Positions 1-6,742 of a DNA stretch of 48,758 nucleotides are shown here, one piece after another. The position numbers were made by a program, and so were the translations under genes. Source of the DNA: a virus; the IMG/VR virus record IMGVR_UViG_3300031087_000003; one strand, given 5' to 3'. How positions within the stretch are numbered: position 1 is the stretch's first letter; every line of letters begins with the position of its first letter. The notes under the pieces were generated by a model, which saw only the letters and a list, made by a program, of their open reading frames with translations, made no database searches and was not told the origin of the DNA.

Positions 1-127
1 TACCCGCTGGACCATGACATCCTGCTGGACTGGTGTGCCACAAAGGTACAGAACCCCGGTAAATGCATGTTGTGGTCACCGGTCATTATCGGGCCGCCCG
101 GTAACGGTAAGACAACCATTGCTGATG
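1..127. repeat. Terminal duplication: 1-127 is identical to 48632-48758 (circular-assembly overlap)
   Basis: Read directly: tacccgctgg...gctgatg occurs at both ends. The reading frame is continuous across the junction. Confidence 0.95.
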
Positions 128-969
128 CCATGATGCTCACGATGGGTAAACGTCACAGTACGGTGGTGCAGTCATCAGACGTTGAGAATAAATTTAACGG
201 CTGGGTATTCGGTAACACCTTTGCGGTCATCAATGACTTCAAGGTTGGTGACAAGCGTGACGTGATTGAAATCCTCAAGCCTATCATCACAGACCGCACC
301 ATTCCCTATCAGATGAAGGGCGTGGAGACCAATGTGTGCCGGAACATGTTGGGCATCATCATCACCAGTAACCACCGTGACGCCATTGTTAAGACCAAAG
401 ATGACCGTCGTTATGCAACACTCATAAGCCCACACGAAACAGCTGATGATATTCTGCGCGACGGTATGGACGAGGACTATTTTGCGCGTCTTGAGCAATT
501 CATCAGCGATAGCAGCACGTCGGCTAAGCTGCGCCACTATTTCCTTAACCGTAAGGTAGCGCGTCATCCTAACCGTGCACCAGAGACCAGCAGTACGGCA
601 GTTGCTATCACGGCGTCACTGGGTACGGTTGAGCAGGAAGTGCTGGAAGCTATTGATGAGGGACGTCAGGGCTTTGCAGGTGGATGGGTGAGCAGTAAGG
701 CACTGGATAACCTGCTCAAGATGATGCGTGCTGAACGTCAGGTACCACCAGCACGCCGCCGCGATATGATGCGCTCACTAGGTTATGACTGGCATCCGGG
801 GCTGAAGGATGGGCGTGTGAATAATGTGATTATGATTGATGGTGGTAAACCGCGTCTCTATATCAAGTTGGGTCACATCCACGCAAACCTTGAGAATGCC
901 GCAGATATCGCACGCTACTATGCAGCGGCACAGGGTGATGAGGTTGCCAAGTCGCAGCTGAGTGCATAA
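1..969 (+). CDS. Primase-helicase, C-terminal part (SF3/D5-like helicase); continues the ORF left open at 47309-48758
   Basis: Frame 1 is open from base 1 (YPLDHDILLDW...) to TAA at 967-969. Walker A GPPGNGKT. Same frame as the ORF at the window end. Confidence 0.85.
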   Translation, partial: YPLDHDILLDWCATKVQNPGKCMLWSPVIIGPPGNGKTTIADAMMLTMGKRHSTVVQSSDVENKFNGWVFGNTFAVINDFKVGDKRDVIEILKPIITDRTIPYQMKGVETNVCRNMLGIIITSNHRDAIVKTKDDRRYATLISPHETADDILRDGMDEDYFARLEQFISDSSTSAKLRHYFLNRKVARHPNRAPETSSTAVAITASLGTVEQEVLEAIDEGRQGFAGGWVSSKALDNLLKMMRAERQVPPARRRDMMRSLGYDWHPGLKDGRVNNVIMIDGGKPRLYIKLGHIHANLENAADIARYYAAAQGDEVAKSQLSA

Positions 970-990
970 GCCCTTCGGGGCTTTTTTTTT
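968..990 (+). terminator. Intrinsic terminator
   Basis: GCCC-ttcg-GGGC hairpin followed by T9, immediately after the stop codon. Confidence 0.8.
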
Positions 991-1000
991 GCATCATGTA

Positions 1001-1029
1001 TTGACGAGTCCGTCAGTTAAGCATATAGT
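1001..1029 (+). promoter_or_regulatory. Sigma70-like promoter with palindromic operator
   Basis: TTGACG-agtc-CGTCAG-N7-TATAGT; 17-bp spacer between -35 and -10. Confidence 0.7.
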
Positions 1030-1065
1030 GAGTACATAGAGAGCAGCAAGGGTGTTGCTCAGTGA

Positions 1066-1392
1066 ATGAGGATTGAGAGAATGAAAGTAAATAAAAGAGA
1101 AGAAGTAATTAAATTGCTCGAAGCTGCCCAGTCAAAGGAAATAATTTCGAATTTAACGGATGTCAGTATGCGTAAAATTGCCTTTGTAAACAATGAAGGA
1201 ACTGACTGTTATATTGAGTGGTATTGCAATCTGGGAACGCTTCATATTGCTGGGTTTAGTCTCTGGTTTGATGAGATTGAACTTACAGAAACTCATCCAT
1301 GCTACCTTAATGAAATAGGATTTTCCTATGATGGACGCCGTTGTGGCTTCATCGGAAAATTACTCCCGCATCTTAGAAAAGTAGCCAATTAA
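1066..1392 (+). CDS. Hypothetical protein (possible alternative start at 1081)
   Basis: 108-aa ORF downstream of the promoter. GAGG lies 9 nt before the ATG at 1081. Confidence 0.6.
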   Translation: MRIERMKVNKREEVIKLLEAAQSKEIISNLTDVSMRKIAFVNNEGTDCYIEWYCNLGTLHIAGFSLWFDEIELTETHPCYLNEIGFSYDGRRCGFIGKLLPHLRKVAN

Positions 1393-1415
1393 CTATATAA
1401 CCGAGGAGCAATACG

Positions 1416-1562
1416 ATGAGATGGCACTCTAAATATTTTATCGATATGGCGCGTATTGCTCATTACAGAGGTATGCGTCGTCGCAAAGAAGGTTTGACGG
1501 CTGGTGCATATCAGTCATTTACTGAACGTAATTTATACATGAAATTAGCAAGGGGTAACTAA
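1416..1562 (+). CDS. Hypothetical small basic protein (48 aa)
   Basis: GAGGAG SD 6 nt before the ATG. Fills the gap between neighbouring genes. Below the ORF-track size cutoff. Confidence 0.5.
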   Translation: MRWHSKYFIDMARIAHYRGMRRRKEGLTAGAYQSFTERNLYMKLARGN

Positions 1563-1563
1563 T

Positions 1564-1755
1564 ATGTCCGTCACTACACGTAAAGAACTTGAGTCGCAGA
1601 TGTCACCGCTGGAAGCACAGAACCATCTGCACCAGCTTACACACGATTCACTTGCTGCCGGTCATAAGGTTGTGCGGGTGATGACCAGTGTTACTGATAC
1701 AGCGCTGCGCACCCGCCGGACTATTCAGGAGGTAAGGGTATGCGCTACGGAATGA
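1564..1755 (+). CDS. Hypothetical protein (63 aa)
   Basis: ORF with AAGGGG upstream, tightly packed against its neighbours. Confidence 0.55.
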   Translation: MSVTTRKELESQMSPLEAQNHLHQLTHDSLAAGHKVVRVMTSVTDTALRTRRTIQEVRVCATE

Positions 1756-1801
1756 GCTACTTTGAACTCGCTGAATATTGTCTGCAACTGGAGAAAGAAT
1801 T

Positions 1802-2269
1802 ATGTACGCTAAAGACATTTACGGGAGCGCAAAGCGTCAGCAAAGAGTCGAACAGCTTAAACAACTGGCGGGTAAGTCTGGAGTGGGCGAAATTGCCGCT
1901 CACATGGGCTGCTCCGAGCAAGCCGTAAAGTGTCTGGCGCAGCGTAACGGTATCAGTCTGGCTATTGATGTCACACCGTGGAGTCGTGAGCATGAGGAGT
2001 ATGTGCGACGCAATGCGCAAAGCATGACAATGGCGCAGATGTCGAAGGTACTCGGTCGCTCCGTGGTGAGTATCAAGGCGTTCTGTCAGCGTAAGAATAT
2101 CAGCATGATGAAGCGCGGGCAGTATCACCACGCGGCTATTGCAACTGATGAAGATGTGGAGCTTTGTCGACAGTTACATGAGGCTAAGATGCCACTTAAA
2201 ATGATTGCACGTAAGATGGAATTCAGTATTCATCTGGTGCGTAACATTGTGTATTACCAGAGGGCTTAA
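1802..2269 (+). CDS. DNA-binding protein with three tandem helix-turn-helix-like repeats
   Basis: GGAGAA SD before the ATG at 1802. Three ~38-aa repeats, ending AQRNGISL, CQRKNISM and VRNIVYYQ. Confidence 0.6.
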   Translation: MYAKDIYGSAKRQQRVEQLKQLAGKSGVGEIAAHMGCSEQAVKCLAQRNGISLAIDVTPWSREHEEYVRRNAQSMTMAQMSKVLGRSVVSIKAFCQRKNISMMKRGQYHHAAIATDEDVELCRQLHEAKMPLKMIARKMEFSIHLVRNIVYYQRA

Positions 2270-2272
2270 GGT

Positions 2273-2884
2273 ATGGATGAGTCAACAAAAGCAAGTAGAA
2301 AAGAATTCGAGCAATGGTTCAAAACAAAATTTTCTCATGCTGAAGAACATCTTTCTGAAGGTAAATATGGCTCAGATTGCGTTCAAACTGCTTGGTTGTC
2401 TTGGCAGGGATCACGACAAGCCCTTGAGATTGCCCTGCCAGTACTGGAGCAGCAGGAAAGCAAAGACGTATTCATTGTGGTGAGAAAGCCGGGCCATCTG
2501 CCATACATCAAAAGGCCAGTAGGCGATATTGCTGATTACCTCATGCAGATATATCAGCACAATCCCAGCGTTAGTTGCGATGTGGTGACTTATCGCTTTC
2601 CGGGTGCATTAGGCCAGTGGGTGCAGGATGGCAAGGAGCTTCTTGCAGAACTTGAAGTGCCGCATCCCACAACGGACACCTACCGGCAGATTGAAAATGA
2701 TGACTGGATTGAGTGGGGTGGTGGGAAATGTCCAGTTCCGGATAACACAAAGGTACAGGTGAAGTTCTGGGATGGGTATGCACCTGTCGTTGACGAACCT
2801 CAAGGCCTGCGCTGGTCGATGATTGAGGAGATGAGCGACATCATCGCCTATCGGGTGATTGAGAATGATGGGAGGGAAGAATGA
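2273..2884 (+). CDS. Hypothetical protein with C-terminal W-x-W-GG-x-CPV domain
   Basis: 203-aa ORF. C-terminus WIEWGGGKCPVPDN..V.V.F.DG..YRV is paralogous to 11859-12527. Confidence 0.65.
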   Translation: MDESTKASRKEFEQWFKTKFSHAEEHLSEGKYGSDCVQTAWLSWQGSRQALEIALPVLEQQESKDVFIVVRKPGHLPYIKRPVGDIADYLMQIYQHNPSVSCDVVTYRFPGALGQWVQDGKELLAELEVPHPTTDTYRQIENDDWIEWGGGKCPVPDNTKVQVKFWDGYAPVVDEPQGLRWSMIEEMSDIIAYRVIENDGREE

Positions 2885-3198
2885 TTACCAACGAGCGTCT
2901 TAATGAAATTGTTGTGCATTCTGGTTTGGAGCCGTGTGATGCAGAGCCTTTCTTCGAGGGCATTAGGATTGGTGAGCTTGTTGACATGGCGAGGGAGCTT
3001 ATTTGTCGGAGAAAGGTATCCGAAGCAGAGAAATCAATTGGTGTCTGGAATCCATTAGTTAATGAGATAGCCGTAAGCCATAAATCCGGCATCAAGATTG
3101 TTGATTTCGCACACTGGCACTGTCACTGCACGATGGAGGTTGTCGTTAGAGATATGTCAGATCATCCACTGGTTAAAGCACGCAAGGAGAGTTCATGA
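2881..3198 (+). CDS. Hypothetical protein (105 aa)
   Basis: ATGA overlap with the upstream stop codon. Confidence 0.6.
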   Translation: MITNERLNEIVVHSGLEPCDAEPFFEGIRIGELVDMARELICRRKVSEAEKSIGVWNPLVNEIAVSHKSGIKIVDFAHWHCHCTMEVVVRDMSDHPLVKARKESS

Positions 3199-3266
3199 CA
3201 ATCCAAACCAGCGGCCATGATTTATCAGATATATCTGGTGGTCGGCATGTCGATATCCTGCGATAG
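3195..3266 (+). CDS. Possible 23-aa micro-ORF
   Basis: AAGGAG SD 5 nt before an ATG that overlaps the upstream TGA (ATGA). Confidence 0.3.
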   Translation: MTIQTSGHDLSDISGGRHVDILR

Positions 3267-3295
3267 TGTCACATTAGTTCCCGTGTTTTATGACG

Positions 3296-3319
3296 GTCCC
3301 CGCACGGGGACTTTTTTTT
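3296..3319 (+). terminator. Intrinsic terminator
   Basis: GTCCCC-gcac-GGGGAC followed by T8. Confidence 0.8.
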
Positions 3320-3329
3320 GCATTATATA

Positions 3330-3358
3330 TTGACGGACTCGTCAATGGGGAGTATATT
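3330..3358 (+). promoter_or_regulatory. Sigma70-like promoter with palindromic operator
   Basis: TTGACG-gact-CGTCAA-N7-TATATT. Flank ttttttttgcatNatNtattgacg matches the promoter at 1001. Confidence 0.7.
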
Positions 3359-3391
3359 TAAACACATGGAAGCAGTACTGACAGGAAGTCA

Positions 3392-3421
3392 TAAACTTAA
3401 ACTTAAACTTAAACTTAAACT
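3392..3421. repeat. Hexanucleotide tandem repeat (TAAACT)x5
   Basis: Five perfect head-to-tail TAAACT units in the leader of the 3437 gene. Confidence 0.95.
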
Positions 3422-3436
3422 GAACAGGAAATTATT

Positions 3437-3901
3437 ATGAAAAAGCTAATTTTAGCAACGGTCTTTATGAGTAGTTCTTTTTCGGCGTTCTCCAGTTCTG
3501 ACTGGACATATGAAGAAAAATTGTCAACTGGTGATACATGTTTTTACATGCAGAATTCAGAAACAGGTCAACCTTTTTTGGCTTTAGGTAATGGTGTACC
3601 AGACAGTGTTGCAGAAGAATGTACCAATAATGGAAGTGGTGAAAGAGCAGAGAAAGAGTTTGCCAAGCACAGTCATCCACAATATGCGCCGCAGCCAAAG
3701 GATGAAAATTTTAATCGTGGACTCGACATTTACAATGCGTGTATTGCTGGTGCCAATGTAGATGGGGGTGCACTTGCTAAAATCGTCGGTAAATACAGCG
3801 GTAAACCTTCTGACATTAACAAAATCAGAAAGGCTTACAATTACGGTAGTGTAGTTGCTCGTGGTCCGCGTGACTGCACTAATTACACAATGGGTTACTA
3901 A
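3437..3901 (+). CDS. Secreted protein (Sec signal peptide), function unknown
   Basis: N-terminus MKKLILATVFMSSSFSAFSS is signal-peptide-like. The mature part contains several Cys. Confidence 0.7.
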   Translation: MKKLILATVFMSSSFSAFSSSDWTYEEKLSTGDTCFYMQNSETGQPFLALGNGVPDSVAEECTNNGSGERAEKEFAKHSHPQYAPQPKDENFNRGLDIYNACIAGANVDGGALAKIVGKYSGKPSDINKIRKAYNYGSVVARGPRDCTNYTMGY

Positions 3902-3909
3902 CTAACAGG

Positions 3910-3927
3910 GGCCACCTTCGGGTGGCC
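3910..3927 (+). terminator. Stem-loop without a U-tract (weak terminator or stabiliser)
   Basis: GGCCACC-ttcg-GGTGGCC just after the stop codon. Confidence 0.3.
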
Positions 3928-3943
3928 TCACCAGAGGTGATGT

Positions 3944-4153
3944 ATGGGTCACACAATTATACGCAGGCGCACCGTACGCGCCGACCAGTTACGTGAGGGT
4001 ATGCTGCTGGACTTTGATGACGGTGAGCCTGATATGGTCAAAGAGCTGAAGCATCTGGCGCACAAGGTGCTCTTTACATCACGCGGTTGTCAGTTCTCTC
4101 TGGACCGCGATGAGATTGTACAGACTGTCATCATGATGAGGATTGTAGGATGA
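3944..4153 (+). CDS. Hypothetical protein (69 aa)
   Basis: ORF in a tightly packed same-strand array. Confidence 0.55.
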   Translation: MGHTIIRRRTVRADQLREGMLLDFDDGEPDMVKELKHLAHKVLFTSRGCQFSLDRDEIVQTVIMMRIVG

Positions 4154-4341
4154 GTATGACAAAGAATGATTTTGAACTGCTGGTGCACGCTGATGAGTGC
4201 TTCGTTAAGTCCACGAGTGAGGGTATTGTGACGCTTGTGTACGTGACGGGCGATGAGGTGCATCTGTACAAGGGTAAGTATCATGAGCAGGAATTTCACA
4301 AATTTGTAAGGTGGATGGAAGATGCAAAAGCTGACAAATGA
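4150..4341 (+). CDS. Hypothetical protein (63 aa)
   Basis: ATGA overlap with the upstream stop codon. Confidence 0.55.
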   Translation: MSMTKNDFELLVHADECFVKSTSEGIVTLVYVTGDEVHLYKGKYHEQEFHKFVRWMEDAKADK

Positions 4342-4573
4342 GAAAGCGCGTGAACTGCTGAAAGAGCTGCAGTATGCAAAGGTTGCAATGGGTGGTCAGC
4401 TGTCCATCAAGGATGAGTATTTTAAACAGGCGCTGGAGCGGATGGTAGGAGATTTAAAAGTTCCGGAGTTACCTACTGATTTATGGCAGATAGGCTATGA
4501 GGGAGTATATCGTGAAGACTTCAATATTGGCGCTAAATGGGCGATATCTCAGATGAAGGAGATGAACCAATGA
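4322..4573 (+). CDS. Hypothetical protein (83 aa)
   Basis: ORF with GGATGGAAG upstream. Confidence 0.55.
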   Translation: MQKLTNEKARELLKELQYAKVAMGGQLSIKDEYFKQALERMVGDLKVPELPTDLWQIGYEGVYREDFNIGAKWAISQMKEMNQ

Positions 4574-4761
4574 CACTACTGCAATGCTATCTGGTGCTCT
4601 GTGTCATCATGTCATTGCGTGACACTAGTGAGGATGCATATGATGAGGACTACCACACGCAGCACGTGATGAAGCGGTTTGTGATTAACCTTGTCATGTG
4701 GCACTACTGGTTCGTGATTGACTGTATTGCGTTGTGGAATGTGCGCCGGGGTGGGGAATGA
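4570..4761 (+). CDS. Hypothetical protein (63 aa, hydrophobic N-terminus)
   Basis: The ATG at 4570 overlaps the upstream TGA. It is an internal Met of track ORF 4537-4761. Confidence 0.45.
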   Translation: MTLLQCYLVLCVIMSLRDTSEDAYDEDYHTQHVMKRFVINLVMWHYWFVIDCIALWNVRRGGE

Positions 4762-5108
4762 TGGATATTACTCAGGAGCCTCTGACATGGTTGGGAGAAC
4801 ACCAGTTTGCCAATCGTTACATCGTAAGTGCAGCCAACAGATACACTACAACGAAAGGTGAATATCTGGTGATTCCGTGTGTGAGACATTACAGTAAAGA
4901 GCACCAACCGATTATAAAAGCACTAAGGGATTCTGGTGTTTTAACAAAAACAGTGGTTGCCGGGGACAATCAGGGATTCGTTGACCAGTATTCAAATTAC
5001 TGGACACGAGAACAAGCACTGGTGATAGCAGAGAAAGCGGGTCAAATAGGAAGGAGAGGTGAAAAGGTTTGGCCGAAAGATTTGCTATTTAGTGAAGACC
5101 TTTATTAA
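4758..5108 (+). CDS. Hypothetical protein (116 aa)
   Basis: ATGATG at 4758 overlaps the upstream stop. GGGGA SD. Confidence 0.6.
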   Translation: MMDITQEPLTWLGEHQFANRYIVSAANRYTTTKGEYLVIPCVRHYSKEHQPIIKALRDSGVLTKTVVAGDNQGFVDQYSNYWTREQALVIAEKAGQIGRRGEKVWPKDLLFSEDLY

Positions 5109-5131
5109 GCCCCTTACGGGGCTTTTGTTTT
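5108..5131 (+). terminator. Intrinsic terminator at a convergent junction
   Basis: AGCCCC-ttac-GGGGCT followed by TTTTGTTTT. Confidence 0.75.
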
Positions 5132-5348
5132 ATGCTCTGCTTGAATCCAGTAACTTCTGATATTTCTTAATTCTCATCTGTGCGTATGCTGCTGACATAG
5201 TATATTCTTCATCAGTAATCAGTTGCGACTTATCACCATAATGAATACTGATGTTGTAATATTTACCGGATTGCCCAACTCTCAGATAAGCACCATTTCC
5301 TTCTCTCAGAACCTTTACAATAAGGTTGAGAAAAGTACCTCGTGACAT
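5130..5348 (-). CDS. Hypothetical protein (72 aa)
   Basis: The Met at 5348 lies 1 nt after the upstream TGA. The track ORF extends to 5360. Confidence 0.55.
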   Translation of the reverse strand: MSRGTFLNLIVKVLREGNGAYLRVGQSGKYYNISIHYGDKSQLITDEEYTMSAAYAQMRIKKYQKLLDSSRA

Positions 5349-5349
5349 T

Positions 5350-5865
5350 TCATTTCCCACAGCTTTTACATCTCCCGTTAGCTACATAGCGTTCTGACAT
5401 CTCGCCACAATGACGACATACCTCCAGTGGCATATACCATTTTTCACCCATTGCAATAGCCTGCTGACGCGGTGAAACCTGTGGAGGCCACGGTAACTTG
5501 CCAAGTGATATGTCCACCGCTTCACGACGTAATGCATCCGCTTTCTCCTGGGCGTCAGTTACCAGCTTGTCCGCCTGCTTCAGCATGGCTTCCACGTGGT
5601 CGGTGCGCGTCCTGATGACAGTTTTCTCGCGCAATTCTTCACGGTGCAAATCGCGTTCAACGAGACAGAAAACACATCTGTTACCACCGTCGCGGACGCC
5701 GGGATGACCGCACGCCTTGATGAAATTAGGTAGCCTGCGCCAGCCTCTTTCTTTCTGTTGCAGCCCATCAATGACCCGTTGCCAGACAGGGTTATCGCTT
5801 TTTTGAGTGGTGGTTAAAAGCTTGCCAAAATTATGCTGGTCACTCATTGCCTTTTCGTAATCCAT
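5350..5865 (-). CDS. Zinc-ribbon protein; candidate transcription regulator
   Basis: TAGGAG SD. C-terminal CRHCG-N12-CKSCG plus an internal C..CVFC. Divergent from the iteron region. Confidence 0.6.
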   Translation of the reverse strand: MDYEKAMSDQHNFGKLLTTTQKSDNPVWQRVIDGLQQKERGWRRLPNFIKACGHPGVRDGGNRCVFCLVERDLHREELREKTVIRTRTDHVEAMLKQADKLVTDAQEKADALRREAVDISLGKLPWPPQVSPRQQAIAMGEKWYMPLEVCRHCGEMSERYVANGRCKSCGK

Positions 5866-5930
5866 TAAATGCTCCTATATTGATTTATTACCTACAAATG
5901 TATTGTACACTTAAAAATTATACAAGGAAA

Positions 5931-6230
5931 TACCCCGGAGGTGGGGTAGTGTTTTTGCCATTTAAAACAACACTTTAGCACTAGCTTACCCGATACCCCG
6001 TATCTCAGGTACATTCCCCCTCTACTCTCTCTACAAATGTATTATATATATTTATATACATCTATAAACAGTCTATTACTATCTAACTTATATTTTATTG
6101 GGGTATTGAGGTAAAGAATAATAAGTAGTAGTAATATCAGTTAGTTAGGAATACCCCGGAGGGTCTACCCCGCACGATTTACTGTGGGGTGACATGGGTA
6201 AACTAGCGACGGCATTGATGCGTGTGGTAT
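5931..6230. promoter_or_regulatory. Iteron-rich regulatory region A (TACCCC/GGGGTA sites, AT-rich core, promoter-like 3' end)
   Basis: Sites at 5931, 5943, 5994, 6100, 6110, 6152, 6166, 6186 and 6196, then TAGCGAC-N17-TATCAT. Same architecture as 22026-22318. Confidence 0.7.
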
Positions 6231-6298
6231 CATGTGTTAAACGCACACATGTGGGGACTGCGGATATGTTCAACGAAGAGAATTGGGACGTCTGACAA

Positions 6299-6742
6299 AT
6301 GGCAAGAGCGAAACTTAACGAATACGGCGTGACCGAACAGCAGGAGAAATTCTGCCAAGCGTTCGTTGAGACGGGTAACGCTTCTGAGTCTTACCGCCGT
6401 GGATACAACACCGAAAATATGGCGGTTAATACAATCGCTAAACGTGCCTCTGAAATGCTCGATAACGGGGCAGTGGCGGGTAGAATTGCGACCCTCCGTG
6501 AAACCCATACCAAACGTCATGGCATCACCGTGGATACACTGCTGGAAAAACTTAACACTGTGTTCACTACGGCACTGGCTGCTGAAACACCGCAATCCTC
6601 TGCAGCTGTTGCAGCTGTGATGGGGCAGGCCAAACTGCTCGGTCTGGACAAACAACTCATCGAGATGTCAGGCAGCCTCAACGTAACCCTGTCAAATTCG
6701 CAACGTGCGGCCCTTGATAAGGCTTTAGACGATGAGTACTAG
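6299..6742 (+). CDS. terS: Terminase small subunit (Terminase_2-like)
   Basis: N-terminus LNEYGVTEQQEKFCQAFVETGNASESYRRGY matches the Terminase_2 signature as recalled. Immediately upstream of TerL. Confidence 0.8.
   Translation: MARAKLNEYGVTEQQEKFCQAFVETGNASESYRRGYNTENMAVNTIAKRASEMLDNGAVAGRIATLRETHTKRHGITVDTLLEKLNTVFTTALAAETPQSSAAVAAVMGQAKLLGLDKQLIEMSGSLNVTLSNSQRAALDKALDDEY

Noticed and set aside
1740-1928. 62-aa ORF with a strong AGGAGG SD 7 nt before the ATG at 1740, overlapping the triple-HTH gene by 127 nt
   Set aside because: From 1802 onward the other frame encodes a convincing HTH repeat. I found no X_XXY_YYZ slippery site that would join the two frames. Translation from the 1740 ATG cannot be excluded, but I do not call a separate gene.
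3392-3421. Tandem repeat considered as a CRISPR array or tRNA-related element
   Set aside because: The units are 6 nt long with no spacers, so it is a microsatellite. I saw no CRISPR-like repeat-spacer array and no tRNA-like T-arm sequence (GGTTCGAATCC type) anywhere in the window.
5866-6298. Iteron region A considered as the pac or cos site because it precedes terS
   Set aside because: A near-identical architecture recurs at 22026-22318, far from the terminase genes. That argues for a regulatory or origin role rather than a unique packaging site. The hairpin at 6230-6250 (CATGTGT-N7-ACACATG) in the terS leader remains a possible pac-related element, but I cannot support that from sequence alone.
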